Virus record (IMG/VR): IMGVR_UViG_3300028591_000174
Location: 13,550 to 77,549 of that record
Length of the DNA: 64,000 nt
Strand: one strand, 5' to 3'
From: a virus
Lineage: Duplodnaviria; Caudoviricetes
Part shown: positions 18,751 to 28,431 of the stretch, in pieces
Layout: the number at the start of each line of letters is the position of its first letter
Numbering within the stretch: the first letter of the stretch is position 1
Program-made: the position numbers and the translations under genes
The notes under the pieces: generated by a model
What the model saw: the letters and a program-made list of their open reading frames with translations, nothing else
What the model was told of the DNA's origin: nothing
Database searches by the model: none

Positions 18751-20004
18751 ATGAGTGACGCGATTCCTTTTCGCCTTACAAAGCCTCAGATGACAATTCT
18801 CCGTGACCCTCACCGTTTCAAGATTGTAAACGCCGGAAGACGTTTCGGTAAATCATTCGTATCTGGTGCCGCCATCCTTGAACAGATTTCCATTCCTAAC
18901 TCAGTAGTCTGGTATGTAGCTCCGACCTGGGATATGGCAAAAAAGATTATGTGGGATGACTGGCTTCCTAAACACGTTCCAAGAGAATGGATTGCCGATG
19001 ACGGTGTAAACAAGATGGACAAAACCTATAAGTTCATCAACGGTTCCATTCTTTACGTTCTGTCAGCCGATAACCCGGACCACCTTCGTGGTACTTCATT
19101 GAATCGTGTAATCCTTGATGAGTGCGGATTTATGAAGGAAGGTGTATGGGAAATCATCCGCCCTGCCCTCGCTGACCGTAAGGGAGATGCTATCCTTGTT
19201 TCTACACCAAAAGGTTACAACTGGTTCTACAAGATGTACAAAGAGGCTCTTGAACAGCCTGACTGGAAGGCATTCCAGTATACCACTATCGAAGGTGAAA
19301 ACGTTGATGCAGAAGAAATCGAAGCGGCAAGACAAACAATGTCTCCTAAGATGTTCGCACAGGAGTTCCTTGCCTCGTTTGAAAATCTTGCCTCTCGTGT
19401 ATATGACATGTTTGACCGGGAAAAGAATATCTGTGAACTCGATGAGAACTGGGGTAAGGGTTCAACCGATGTTCACATCGGAATTGACTTCAACGTAAAT
19501 CCTATGACCGCTGCTATTGCAGTAAAAGAGGGTGATGACATTAAATTCTTTGATGAAATCGTAGAGCCTAACTCTAATACACAGATACTCTGTAATTCAA
19601 TCCGTAAGAAGTTTCCTAAAGCAGATATATTTGTCTACCCGGACCCTACCTGCCGTAAACGTCAGACTTCTGCAGCAGTCGGAGAAACAGACTATGAGAT
19701 TTTAAGGCGTAACCGATTCCATGTCTGCTGTCCTAAAGCACCTTACTCATCAAGAGATAAATTTAATGCTGTAAATACTGCATTCCTCAATGCAAAAGGT
19801 GACCGTCACGCATTTATTACAAGAGGAAGATGTAAAAAGTTAAAAGAAGCCCTTGAGGGCTACTGCTATAAAGATAACGGAGAAGATACTGACAAATCAT
19901 CTGGACTTGATCATATTTCAGATGCATGTGCTTATCTGCTTTGCTATCTCAAACCAATTAAAAAGTCGTGGGGCCTTAACCGCCCTAAAGTGTATGGCTT
20001 TTAA
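18751..20004 (+). CDS. terL: Terminase large subunit
   Basis: Walker A AGRRFGKS, Walker B VILDE, coupling motif STPKG, nuclease IGIDFN...D and DHISDA. Start at the MSDAIPF ATG is likelier than the track's 18709. Confidence 0.95.
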   Translation: MSDAIPFRLTKPQMTILRDPHRFKIVNAGRRFGKSFVSGAAILEQISIPNSVVWYVAPTWDMAKKIMWDDWLPKHVPREWIADDGVNKMDKTYKFINGSILYVLSADNPDHLRGTSLNRVILDECGFMKEGVWEIIRPALADRKGDAILVSTPKGYNWFYKMYKEALEQPDWKAFQYTTIEGENVDAEEIEAARQTMSPKMFAQEFLASFENLASRVYDMFDREKNICELDENWGKGSTDVHIGIDFNVNPMTAAIAVKEGDDIKFFDEIVEPNSNTQILCNSIRKKFPKADIFVYPDPTCRKRQTSAAVGETDYEILRRNRFHVCCPKAPYSSRDKFNAVNTAFLNAKGDRHAFITRGRCKKLKEALEGYCYKDNGEDTDKSSGLDHISDACAYLLCYLKPIKKSWGLNRPKVYGF

Positions 20005-20016
20005 GCGAGGTAAAAT

Positions 20017-21528
20017 ATGGCTTTTGGTAAAAAGAAAAAGGAAGTTAAATTTCCAGTAATGACAACATATCCAGAATATTCTAAACTTGCGGAACGCTGG
20101 TCTGTATGTCGTGAAGTTATTGCAGGCGAAGATGTCGTAAAGGAACAAGGTGAAAAATATTTGCCTATGGCTGTTCTCCGCAACCATGACGAACAGGTTG
20201 CAAGGTATAAGGCATACAAAATGAGGACACCTTTCATTCCTTTCACATATATGGCTTATCAGGTCCAGCACGCTATGGTCTTCAGACGTACTCCTACAGT
20301 AGTCTGTTCTGATGAACTTAAGCAGAGTGGTATTCTTGATAACGTTGACGGAAAGGGAAACTCTCTTTATCAGTTCGCATCAAACTCGTTTGATGATCTC
20401 TTGAAAACAGGATTCGGCGGCGGTCTTCTTGATATGCCTAAAGCAGAATCTGGAATGACAGTGTATGACGCTGAAAAGAAAGGTATCAAGCCTTATGTAA
20501 CATATTACCCTGCAGAACAGATTATAAATAAGATTTATGACAATTCTCAGGGAGTGTCAAAACTTAAACTTGTCGTTTTAAGGGAAAAGGTAAACACATA
20601 TAAAGATGAGTTCATTCTTCTTGAAAGAGAGCGTTACCGAGTCCTCGCTATCAATGATGAAGGATTCTATGAACAGAGAATCTGGACTCCTATCTATGAT
20701 GACAAAGATGAAATTGTAGATATGAGTATCGAAGTTCTTCCTGTAACAATCAACGGTGAACGGATTACTTATATTCCGTTTGTGTTCTTCCCTGTTGACT
20801 ACGCTGAAAAACCGCCTTTGTATGACCTCGCAATGATGAATATTCATCATTATCAGATTATGGCAGATTACTACAACGGACTTCATAAAGTAACAATGCC
20901 TACTGGTTATATCACTGGTTATACACCAAGTGATGACGAGGACGAAGATGACGAAATTACGCTCGGTGGTGATGTATTCATTACTGAAGAAAATCCTGAA
21001 GCTAAGTTTGGTATGCTTTCATATGCCGGTGAAGGTATGCAGCATACAAGAGACGGTATTGATAAAATTGAGAACCTCATTGCAGGTATCTTTATGAAAT
21101 CTATTGCACCAGACAAAAAGACTTCAGAAACTGCAGAGTCTGCCTATGTTCACCGTTCTGGAGAAAATGCTCGTCTTGCAACATTTGCAAGAAACGTAAG
21201 CGAGCAACTCTCTCAGCTTATCGAATGGTATGCTGAATGGAGTAATTACAAAGGTTATGTGGAGATTCATCTTAATTATGACTATGAAACAATGGCCCTT
21301 GACCCTAACATTATCAACTCTATTGCAAATATCTCTGGACAGGGCAAGTTCCCATTGTACTGTGTATTCTACATTCTTAAGCAGCAGGAACTTATTGATC
21401 CTGATATGAACTTTGATGATTTCATATTCCTTATTGACCAGGAAAACATTGAAGGTAATTCAGCACAGGAAATCTATGAAGCATTCAAGAAAAGAATGTC
21501 GGAAAGAGATAAGAGGCTTAAAAAATAA
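20017..21528 (+). CDS. Portal protein (DUF4055-like)
   Basis: Follows TerL; 503 aa; GE..YLP, Y..YK.R, PPLYDLA..NI.HYQ motifs. Confidence 0.85.
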   Translation: MAFGKKKKEVKFPVMTTYPEYSKLAERWSVCREVIAGEDVVKEQGEKYLPMAVLRNHDEQVARYKAYKMRTPFIPFTYMAYQVQHAMVFRRTPTVVCSDELKQSGILDNVDGKGNSLYQFASNSFDDLLKTGFGGGLLDMPKAESGMTVYDAEKKGIKPYVTYYPAEQIINKIYDNSQGVSKLKLVVLREKVNTYKDEFILLERERYRVLAINDEGFYEQRIWTPIYDDKDEIVDMSIEVLPVTINGERITYIPFVFFPVDYAEKPPLYDLAMMNIHHYQIMADYYNGLHKVTMPTGYITGYTPSDDEDEDDEITLGGDVFITEENPEAKFGMLSYAGEGMQHTRDGIDKIENLIAGIFMKSIAPDKKTSETAESAYVHRSGENARLATFARNVSEQLSQLIEWYAEWSNYKGYVEIHLNYDYETMALDPNIINSIANISGQGKFPLYCVFYILKQQELIDPDMNFDDFIFLIDQENIEGNSAQEIYEAFKKRMSERDKRLKK

Positions 21529-21540
21529 GAGAGGTGACAT

Positions 21541-21663
21541 ATGAAGAAGTCAAAGTCAAAAGTAGGCTTTCATAAAATTGCAGGAGCAACTCGCGTTGTA
21601 ATCAAAAATGGCAAAAAGACAAAACGTTATGACGTAATGAAAGCAAGAATACCAACTGAATAA
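21541..21663 (+). CDS. Small basic peptide (40 aa, MKKSKSKVGFHKIAG...)
   Basis: Read manually; GAGG RBS; below the ORF-track cutoff. Confidence 0.45.
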   Translation: MKKSKSKVGFHKIAGATRVVIKNGKKTKRYDVMKARIPTE

Positions 21664-21708
21664 TTCAGATACTTTTTCTGAATAATATAATGTCTGGAGG
21701 AAAAGAAT

Positions 21709-21909
21709 ATGTATTCAATTCTTATTAGCAAAGGTACAAATATGTACAGTTATGCGGTTGATGAAGTCAGCGGAGACGTATTCACTGGCACATCTGCAGA
21801 GACAAAGGTAAAGTTCAATGAACTTCTTCAGAAGTATCCAATCAGTAAACTTATTGTTGTTCATAACACCAACGTTACTGCTGAACTTTCTATTGTTGAT
21901 GTTGAGTAA
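21709..21909 (+). CDS. Hypothetical protein (66 aa)
   Basis: GGAGG RBS; followed by a terminator. Confidence 0.65.
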   Translation: MYSILISKGTNMYSYAVDEVSGDVFTGTSAETKVKFNELLQKYPISKLIVVHNTNVTAELSIVDVE

Positions 21910-21915
21910 ATTATG

Positions 21916-21942
21916 ACGCTCTGTTTCGGCAGAGCGTTTTTT
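21916..21942 (+). terminator. Intrinsic terminator
   Basis: ACGCTCTG-TTTCGG-CAGAGCGT followed by TTTTT. Confidence 0.8.
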
Positions 21943-21955
21943 CTTTGGAGATGTT

Positions 21956-22195
21956 ATGAAAAGATTATTAACGATTTTATTTCTTATTATTTTTTCTTTT
22001 GTGATTTCCGGGTATTCATATCATCAGAAATGCAGGGAATGTCAGAGAGAACGCAAGGAAAACAAAACTGTTATGTGCGAGATTGGAACGGCATGGAGAG
22101 ATTTCGGCACTCCGATTATTCATAAAGACGCCCATGCATATGCAACTTACCGTTGCTGTTATGGTCATTCATATCTTGTAGACTTGTCAGAGTAA
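21956..22195 (+). CDS. Small exported Cys-rich protein
   Basis: Signal-peptide-like MKRLLTILFLIIFSFVISG; CREC, C and RCCYGH motifs; GGAG RBS. Confidence 0.65.
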   Translation: MKRLLTILFLIIFSFVISGYSYHQKCRECQRERKENKTVMCEIGTAWRDFGTPIIHKDAHAYATYRCCYGHSYLVDLSE

Positions 22196-22203
22196 GTATA
22201 GTA

Positions 22204-22690
22204 TTAACCCTTTCGGTCCTAGAGTGATTTAGGCAAAGTCATCCTTCCCTAATGCAATGATTAAGGAAAGACGGTCTATGCCATGAAACATTAACCCTTT
22301 TCGGGAGCCTGTCGTTTCATTAGGACAGTCATTGTATTCAAGTACTGACTGTTAGTATCACTCTATCAACTCTTGAAAGTTGCTTGCCGCGGCATCTACT
22401 TCCGTCTCACCGCTGATGGTATGGCAAGTTCCCCCTTTTACCATCTTTTCTCACTTATTCCAAAGTGTTGACCTTGTTTTCACAAGTAAACCGTAATTAA
22501 TAAGCACAGTTGGAATAAAAACAAAAACCTTTATGACACAGGCTTTGTGGTACCACCCACACTAGTCGCTACCGTAAAAACGACTAAGATAAACCTGTCT
22601 CATAAAGGTTTCTGAAAAAAGAAGTCTTACGGTATATGTCAAAGTTGGGGTGGTTAGTTCCAACAAGAATAGAATACACTGATATGATGC
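22204..22690. ncRNA. Candidate highly structured intergenic RNA
   Basis: ORF-free; many nested inverted repeats (detailed in findings). Confidence 0.5.
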
Positions 22691-22761
22691 AAAAATCAAC
22701 TGAAAAATACATTTTTTAATAAAAATTAAGAGATATTTTTTTCTACTCTACACTATTCTTA

Positions 22762-23130
22762 ATGAAACTTACATTATTAGGTGAAACACCAAGTAAGAAA
22801 AATAGTCGAATTAATACTCGTTCTGGCCGTTCATTTCCTAATCAGAGATATACGAAATGGCATGACTCAATTGTTTCTCAGTTACATTTTCTTTTATTAA
22901 AAAAACAGTTATGTACATTCGGTAATTGCCAGATAAAAATAACAGCAACATTCTACCACGGAGACATGAAGAGACGCGACAGTGATAATCAGATTACATC
23001 TGTACTTGATACTCTCGTGGACGCAGGTATTCTTGAAGATGACAAATGGATGATAATCCCGGAAAAACATATTTTCGACAAATATGATAAAGGAAATGCC
23101 AGAGTTGAACTGGAAATTGAGGAATTATGA
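22762..23130 (+). CDS. rusA: RusA-family Holliday junction resolvase
   Basis: PSKKNS, RRDSDNQITSVLDTLVDAGILEDDKW and ARVELEI. Confidence 0.85.
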   Translation: MKLTLLGETPSKKNSRINTRSGRSFPNQRYTKWHDSIVSQLHFLLLKKQLCTFGNCQIKITATFYHGDMKRRDSDNQITSVLDTLVDAGILEDDKWMIIPEKHIFDKYDKGNARVELEIEEL

Positions 23131-24032
23131 ATAAAATTCTAAAAAAGACTTTATTACATTACATTGATCTCGATATGTACGCAAATGCAGTAATTGAAGC
23201 AATGATGGAAGAGTATAACCTTTGTTACACAGAGTGTGCAGAAATTCTCCTTTCTTCTGATTATTACAAAACAAAAGCAGATTATTCAAATACATACAAT
23301 GCAATAAAGGAATCTGTTACTCAGTTTACTGATAAACTTGATAAAAGAATGTCTGAAGAGGCTGAAACAGTCACAAATCTTGAACTTGAATTTCTCAAAC
23401 AGACATATAAAGGTATTCTTACAGTTGGTGCAGTATCATTTGCAAAAACCATGTTTATGCCAATTGGCGGCACTGATACTACAAAGATGTTTGTAGAAAG
23501 GACTACAAAAAATATACTTCGCTCTTATGATACCGCACTTAGGTCTGGCTATCTTTTCGGGCAGAATTCTACAGATGTGAAACAAAACGTTGATAAAGCC
23601 CTTAATCAGACAATAAGGGGAATGAAAAACGGAATACAATCTGCTATCCCATCTTATGCAAAATCAACTGATAAAATTATATTTTTGAATAATGATAAAG
23701 AGGTTGTATGGGTGGCCACTCTTGATGGACGTACATGTATAACCTGTGCGTCAATGAATGGATTGCGGTATAAATCTGCAGCAGAAGCACCTTCTACTCC
23801 TCATTTTAAGTGTAGATGTATCTTGCAGATTGCAGATATTTTGAATGAACCGATTCCAGAGTTTAAGGATTTCATTGAAGAACTTAGTGACGAAGAGCAG
23901 AGACATGTTTTAGGAGTGAACAGATATAAGCTTTGGAAAGAGTACAATGTTCCTCTTGAAAAGTTCCTTGATAATGGGGAAGTAATATTATTAAAAGATT
24001 TGAAGAAATCATTAAATATAAAAGATATATAA
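23127..24032 (+). CDS. Minor head/head morphogenesis protein (SPP1 gp7/Mu gpF-like)
   Basis: WVATLDGRTCITC and PHFKCRC motifs; located between portal and scaffold. Confidence 0.85.
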   Translation: MNKILKKTLLHYIDLDMYANAVIEAMMEEYNLCYTECAEILLSSDYYKTKADYSNTYNAIKESVTQFTDKLDKRMSEEAETVTNLELEFLKQTYKGILTVGAVSFAKTMFMPIGGTDTTKMFVERTTKNILRSYDTALRSGYLFGQNSTDVKQNVDKALNQTIRGMKNGIQSAIPSYAKSTDKIIFLNNDKEVVWVATLDGRTCITCASMNGLRYKSAAEAPSTPHFKCRCILQIADILNEPIPEFKDFIEELSDEEQRHVLGVNRYKLWKEYNVPLEKFLDNGEVILLKDLKKSLNIKDI

Positions 24033-24044
24033 AAAGAGGTTTAC

Positions 24045-24350
24045 ATGAAGTTCTACATTGCTGGCAAAATTACAGGTGATCCTGATTATAAACAGAAGTT
24101 TAATAAAGTTGAAGAAGCATTGGCAAGACTTGGACATAGCGTAATGAATCCAAGCAGTCTTGGTAACTATCCAGAATTTACCTGGCAGGATTATATGTTT
24201 ATTTGTAAGGCTATGCTTATGAAATGTAATGCAATCTTATTTCTTCCAGATTGGGCCGAAAGTAAAGGTGCAACGGAAGAACATGAACAGGCATTATTAA
24301 ATCATTTAGCAGTATATTATGATATATCTGACGTTCCTCCGGCATATTAA
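24045..24350 (+). CDS. DUF4406-like (nucleoside 2-deoxyribosyltransferase-fold) protein
   Basis: FYIAGKITG, VMNP, W..YM, LPDW.ES.GA..E pattern. Confidence 0.8.
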   Translation: MKFYIAGKITGDPDYKQKFNKVEEALARLGHSVMNPSSLGNYPEFTWQDYMFICKAMLMKCNAILFLPDWAESKGATEEHEQALLNHLAVYYDISDVPPAY

Positions 24351-24360
24351 AACCACTTTT

Positions 24361-24390
24361 AGGCTAAAATCGAACGATTTTAGCCTTTTT
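24361..24390 (+). terminator. Intrinsic terminator
   Basis: AGGCTAAAATC / GATTTTAGCCT stem plus T-run. Confidence 0.7.
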
Positions 24391-24551
24391 TATTGCATTT
24401 TTATTATTTTTTCTTGCTCTAAATTTAAGGTCGTTTTTTTTTAGTTCTATTCTGAACCCAGATTGGATAAAAGAATGAGGAATCCACTTGGAGTGTGACA
24501 ACCTTATTCGGTCTTAGGAAGACACCAATTGCTAATACAGGAGTATCGCAA

Positions 24552-25316
24552 ATGAAAGAACCTATCTTTACAAAAGAAGCGGTTGAAAAAATTCTTGCAG
24601 GGCAGGAAGAAGTCGGACAGAAAGTGGATGCACTTTTCTCTCTTTACAATGAGGATTTGAACGGTTTGAAAATGAACCGTGATGACCTTAAGAAAGAAAA
24701 AGAAGCAGTTGAGGCTAAAAATGCTGAGTTGGTTGCAGAAAATGCAAAAAGTGCGGAAGATTTTGCAAAACTGCAGAAACAGCTTGAAGCAAACAGCCCT
24801 GATGAGATTAAAAAGGCTTACGAGCAGAAACAGGCAGAACTTGAAAGTTCTTACAAAGGTGTTCTTGAACAGAGGGATACCTCTATTAAAGACCTTACAG
24901 AAAAGTTGGCAGTGTCTCAGAAAAATGAGCACTCACTTAAATGTATGCAGGACTTTAACAAGGCTACAGCCGGTTTTGATATCGAACCTTCAAGTCGGGA
25001 TTACCTCTTTACTGCAATCTACGGACAGGACGGCAGCAACTTCTCTGAAAGAGATTTGGGAAATGGTTTGCAGCTCATAGATAAGAACGGACATACAGGT
25101 GAGGGGGCAGTTCGTGCGTTCCTTAACACTGACTTTGGAAAGAAGTTCATTAAGAACCTTTCAAGTGGCGGTGGTGCTGGAACTGACGGCAATAAGACAA
25201 ACTCACAGGTTATCAATCCGTTTAAGAAGGAAACTTTTAATCTTTCGGAGCAGGGCCGCTTGCTGAGAGAAAATCCTGAACTGTACAAACAGATGAAGGA
25301 AGCAGCAAAGGCTTAA
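24552..25316 (+). CDS. Capsid scaffolding protein
   Basis: Coiled-coil N-terminal half; SGGGAG linker and NPFKKETFNLSEQG.L..ENP C-terminus; directly precedes the capsid gene. Track start is 24495. Confidence 0.8.
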   Translation: MKEPIFTKEAVEKILAGQEEVGQKVDALFSLYNEDLNGLKMNRDDLKKEKEAVEAKNAELVAENAKSAEDFAKLQKQLEANSPDEIKKAYEQKQAELESSYKGVLEQRDTSIKDLTEKLAVSQKNEHSLKCMQDFNKATAGFDIEPSSRDYLFTAIYGQDGSNFSERDLGNGLQLIDKNGHTGEGAVRAFLNTDFGKKFIKNLSSGGGAGTDGNKTNSQVINPFKKETFNLSEQGRLLRENPELYKQMKEAAKA

Positions 25317-25342
25317 TTTACTCCGATTTATAGGAGAAAAAC

Positions 25343-26347
25343 ATGGCTTCTACAAAAATTTCTAACGTAATTGTACCAGAAGTGTACAATCCTTATGTAA
25401 TTGCCAGAACAGTTGAATTGTCAAGAATCATTGCTTCTGGAATCGCTTCTCGTGACCCAGACCTCAAATTCCCTGCAGTTGGAACACAGGTAAAAGGCGG
25501 TAAGACAATCCATATTCCATTCTGGAAGTCTCTCGTAGACGCAGGTGGAGCTGACGATGAGGTTCTCTCAGATCAGTCAGGACTCACAGTAAACAACATT
25601 GAAGCAGGCGAATCTATTGCTGCTATTCATGTTCGTGGTAAGGCTTGGGGTGCTAACGACCTCGCTCGTTACTTCTCTGGTGATGACCCAATGTCTGCTA
25701 TCGCAGATATGAACGCTGCTTACTGGGCAAACCGCATGCAGCATGTTCTCATCGCTTCCCTTAAGGGTATCACTGTTGATGAAGCAGGTTCACCTGGAAC
25801 AAACGCTGCTTTGAAATCACATGTACTCGACATCTCTGGCGAGAGTGCAGGTGCAGCAGTTCTTTCAAGCGAAGCAATGATTGACGCTATGTATCTCATG
25901 GGCGATCACGCTGCAGAACTTGGTGGAATCCTCTGTAACTCAGCAACAATGGCTAAACTTGTTAAGTTGAACCTTATCGACACAGTTCGCGATGCTGACT
26001 CACCTGTAGAATACAAGTTCTACATGGGCAAACCAGTAATCGTTGACGATGCTCTCGTTGCTGAATCAGGTGCAAACTCTATCTACTTCTTCGGAGCAGG
26101 TGCAGTTGCATTCAACGAAGATACAGAAGGTTTGGAAATCACAGAAACAGACCGCGACACTCTCAAGGGTGAAGACGTTCTGATTTCTCGCCGTGCATTC
26201 GTAATGCACCCACGCGGATTGAAGTGGGTTGGAACACCAGCAGGTGTAACTCCTTCAAACACAGAACTTGCAAAGGCTTCTAACTGGCAGCTTGCAGATA
26301 ATATCAAGAATGTGCCAATTACAAAGCTCGTTTGTAAACTCGCATAA
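25343..26347 (+). CDS. Major capsid protein
   Basis: TKISNVIVPEVYNPY, IHIPFW, RGKAWGANDL, GKPVIVDD, RR.FVMHP.G motifs; follows the scaffold gene; strong codon bias. Confidence 0.92.
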   Translation: MASTKISNVIVPEVYNPYVIARTVELSRIIASGIASRDPDLKFPAVGTQVKGGKTIHIPFWKSLVDAGGADDEVLSDQSGLTVNNIEAGESIAAIHVRGKAWGANDLARYFSGDDPMSAIADMNAAYWANRMQHVLIASLKGITVDEAGSPGTNAALKSHVLDISGESAGAAVLSSEAMIDAMYLMGDHAAELGGILCNSATMAKLVKLNLIDTVRDADSPVEYKFYMGKPVIVDDALVAESGANSIYFFGAGAVAFNEDTEGLEITETDRDTLKGEDVLISRRAFVMHPRGLKWVGTPAGVTPSNTELAKASNWQLADNIKNVPITKLVCKLA

Positions 26348-26403
26348 CCAACGGCAGGGTATCTTTCGGGGTACCCTGCCCTACTATTTGGAGAATAAGC
26401 AAA

Positions 26404-26685
26404 ATGGGAATGATGACATTTTCATTGCAGAGACAGCGTGAAGAGGAAGCAAAGAAAAAGGCTGAATTGAAGGCTGCTGAAACAGAAAAAGAAACAAAGG
26501 ATGCAGATAATGAACCTGCAAAGGAACCTGTATCTGATGATAAGGTTGCAGACAAAGAAGTTAAGGCTGATGTAAAGGCTGAAAGCAAGGATGCATCAAA
26601 AGCAGACGCAAAATCTGACGCAAAGACAGATAAGGCTGATGCAAAAACTGAAAAGTCAGACAAGCCAAAGGCTGGTCGCGACTAA
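26404..26685 (+). CDS. Small K/A/D/E-rich low-complexity head-associated protein
   Basis: 93-aa ORF after the capsid gene; composition biased. Confidence 0.6.
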   Translation: MGMMTFSLQRQREEEAKKKAELKAAETEKETKDADNEPAKEPVSDDKVADKEVKADVKAESKDASKADAKSDAKTDKADAKTEKSDKPKAGRD

Positions 26686-26696
26686 GGAAGTATAAA

Positions 26697-27269
26697 ATGG
26701 CTGATGTAGAAGAAAAAGAAATACCTCTTATCGTTGAGGACGGTTCATGCGTTCCAAACGCAAACTGCTATGTCAGTCTTGAGTGGGCTGATGAGTATAT
26801 GACTAATTCCGGGAAGACTTCTTGGAGTGAACTTTCTGAAAATCAGAAGAAGTCATATCTCATCAACGCCACTTCTTACATTGACAGCACATATTCAAAA
26901 CTTGGCTGGAAAGGAAAAAAGAAATTTCACAGAAAGCAGAGTCTTTGTTTTCCGCGTGTCGAACTTTACGACAAGGACGGATATGAGGTTGAAGGTATCC
27001 CTGTAGAACTTATGAAGGCTGTTTGTGAAGCAGGTTTCATTTCTACTACCACTTCCCTCTTCTCTGTAAAGGACGCTTCTGGAACCATTAAGTCTCAGAA
27101 GGTAGATGTGCTTGAAGTTGAGTATTACTCGGAGAAAGATTCTTCGGGAAATTATATTTCACGCTTTACTGTATTGGATTACCTTCTTGCAGATTTCTAC
27201 AAGACAAAAGAATCACGACATCGCTGTAAGAAAGCAGTTCATACTAACTTAATCGGGAGTTTTGCATAA
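26697..27269 (+). CDS. Head-tail adaptor (DnaT-like domain family)
   Basis: LIVEDGS.V.NAN.YVS, L..AT.YID, Q.L.FPR motifs. Confidence 0.8.
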   Translation: MADVEEKEIPLIVEDGSCVPNANCYVSLEWADEYMTNSGKTSWSELSENQKKSYLINATSYIDSTYSKLGWKGKKKFHRKQSLCFPRVELYDKDGYEVEGIPVELMKAVCEAGFISTTTSLFSVKDASGTIKSQKVDVLEVEYYSEKDSSGNYISRFTVLDYLLADFYKTKESRHRCKKAVHTNLIGSFA

Positions 27270-27634
27270 TGGACTATCAGTCATTACGTTCAGTTGCAGA
27301 TTCTCTCATTAATGATTTTTCCAATGGACAGACTGCCGTTTTACTTAAAGGCGAAAAGGTAAAGGATTCCACTGGAAGAACTACAGTAAACTTCCGTGAA
27401 GTTGATAACGGACTTGCTGTTATGACTTCTTATTCTGAAGAGGCTATTGCTGCGAGTAACGGAGTTATCGGTGCTGGTGACGTTAAGTTTGTATGCAGAT
27501 TTTCTGAACAGCCAAATGAAGTTCAGGACCGCATAAGATACGCAGGTGTTGAATATAACGTTATTCATTGCAGACCGATTAATCCTACAGGTGCTTTTGT
27601 AGTTACTTATGTAATACAAGGGAGACGAGCATAA
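27269..27634 (+). CDS. Head closure / head-tail joining protein
   Basis: Size, position and GD.K..D.I...Y.VI...P pattern. Confidence 0.65.
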   Translation: MDYQSLRSVADSLINDFSNGQTAVLLKGEKVKDSTGRTTVNFREVDNGLAVMTSYSEEAIAASNGVIGAGDVKFVCRFSEQPNEVQDRIRYAGVEYNVIHCRPINPTGAFVVTYVIQGRRA

Positions 27635-28431
27635 TGGCTACCTTCAACGTAAGGATTAAGGCTCAAGGTGCTTCAAGGATTGAACATTTTACAGACAAGA
27701 GTGGTAAGGCATTTGCTAAAACAATTGCAGGAGCGATTGAAGAAAGAGTGGCAACCGCAATGGGAAGTGCAATTGTTGAGGAAATGGAGAAAAACAGAGC
27801 ACGAACCTTATTCTTGTCAGCAGTATTCTTTCAGCGTGTAGTAAACAGAACTCCATTGGATGAAGATTACTACTACATGAATAAGAAAGGAGAACTTGCG
27901 ATTCATAACAAAGATGATGATGTTGTCCGCGACTGCTGGGTTGCAAGTTATAACAATAGAAAGATAACTTCCAAACAGCTTCGTGAATCAGGACTTACAT
28001 TTGACACTTTTAATGATGAAGGCGAAATAAGACAGATTTATGAAGTCTTCAGTAAGGCTTTCATTCAGGGTAAAGGAAAGAGAAACATAAACTCAATCAA
28101 AATAGAAAATACGAATGAAAGATTCCCAATGCTTGAATACGGAGAGTATCAGGCTGACGGAGATATAAAACGTGGCGAGTTGTATTACCACGGTGTTGAG
28201 GGCGGTTACTCAGTACAGGCCCCACACGGAATGTTGAGAATTACAGAGGCAGAGTTTGAAACTATGTCTCTTAATATGAGTAGTGATGACCTTATAAAGA
28301 ATTATGTAAGTCGTTCACAAAGAACTAAGAAGGTTCCTTCAGCTTCAAGAATGGAAGAGTTGAAGAGAATAATCAATAAAGGTCACTTAAAAGAAAGTGA
28401 CTTAGACGCAGTAGAGAGGATGTATTTATGA
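27634..28431 (+). CDS. Putative tail completion protein (HK97 gp10-like)
   Basis: RTPLDE and N.N..(P)MLEYG...QAP.GM.R motifs; position in the neck cluster. Confidence 0.6.
   Translation: MATFNVRIKAQGASRIEHFTDKSGKAFAKTIAGAIEERVATAMGSAIVEEMEKNRARTLFLSAVFFQRVVNRTPLDEDYYYMNKKGELAIHNKDDDVVRDCWVASYNNRKITSKQLRESGLTFDTFNDEGEIRQIYEVFSKAFIQGKGKRNINSIKIENTNERFPMLEYGEYQADGDIKRGELYYHGVEGGYSVQAPHGMLRITEAEFETMSLNMSSDDLIKNYVSRSQRTKKVPSASRMEELKRIINKGHLKESDLDAVERMYL

Noticed and set aside
22290-22330. Hammerhead ribozyme or c-di-GMP riboswitch in the 22.2-kb region
   Set aside because: The required cores (CUGANGA with GAAA; paired GEMM motifs) are not properly present; only partial look-alikes.
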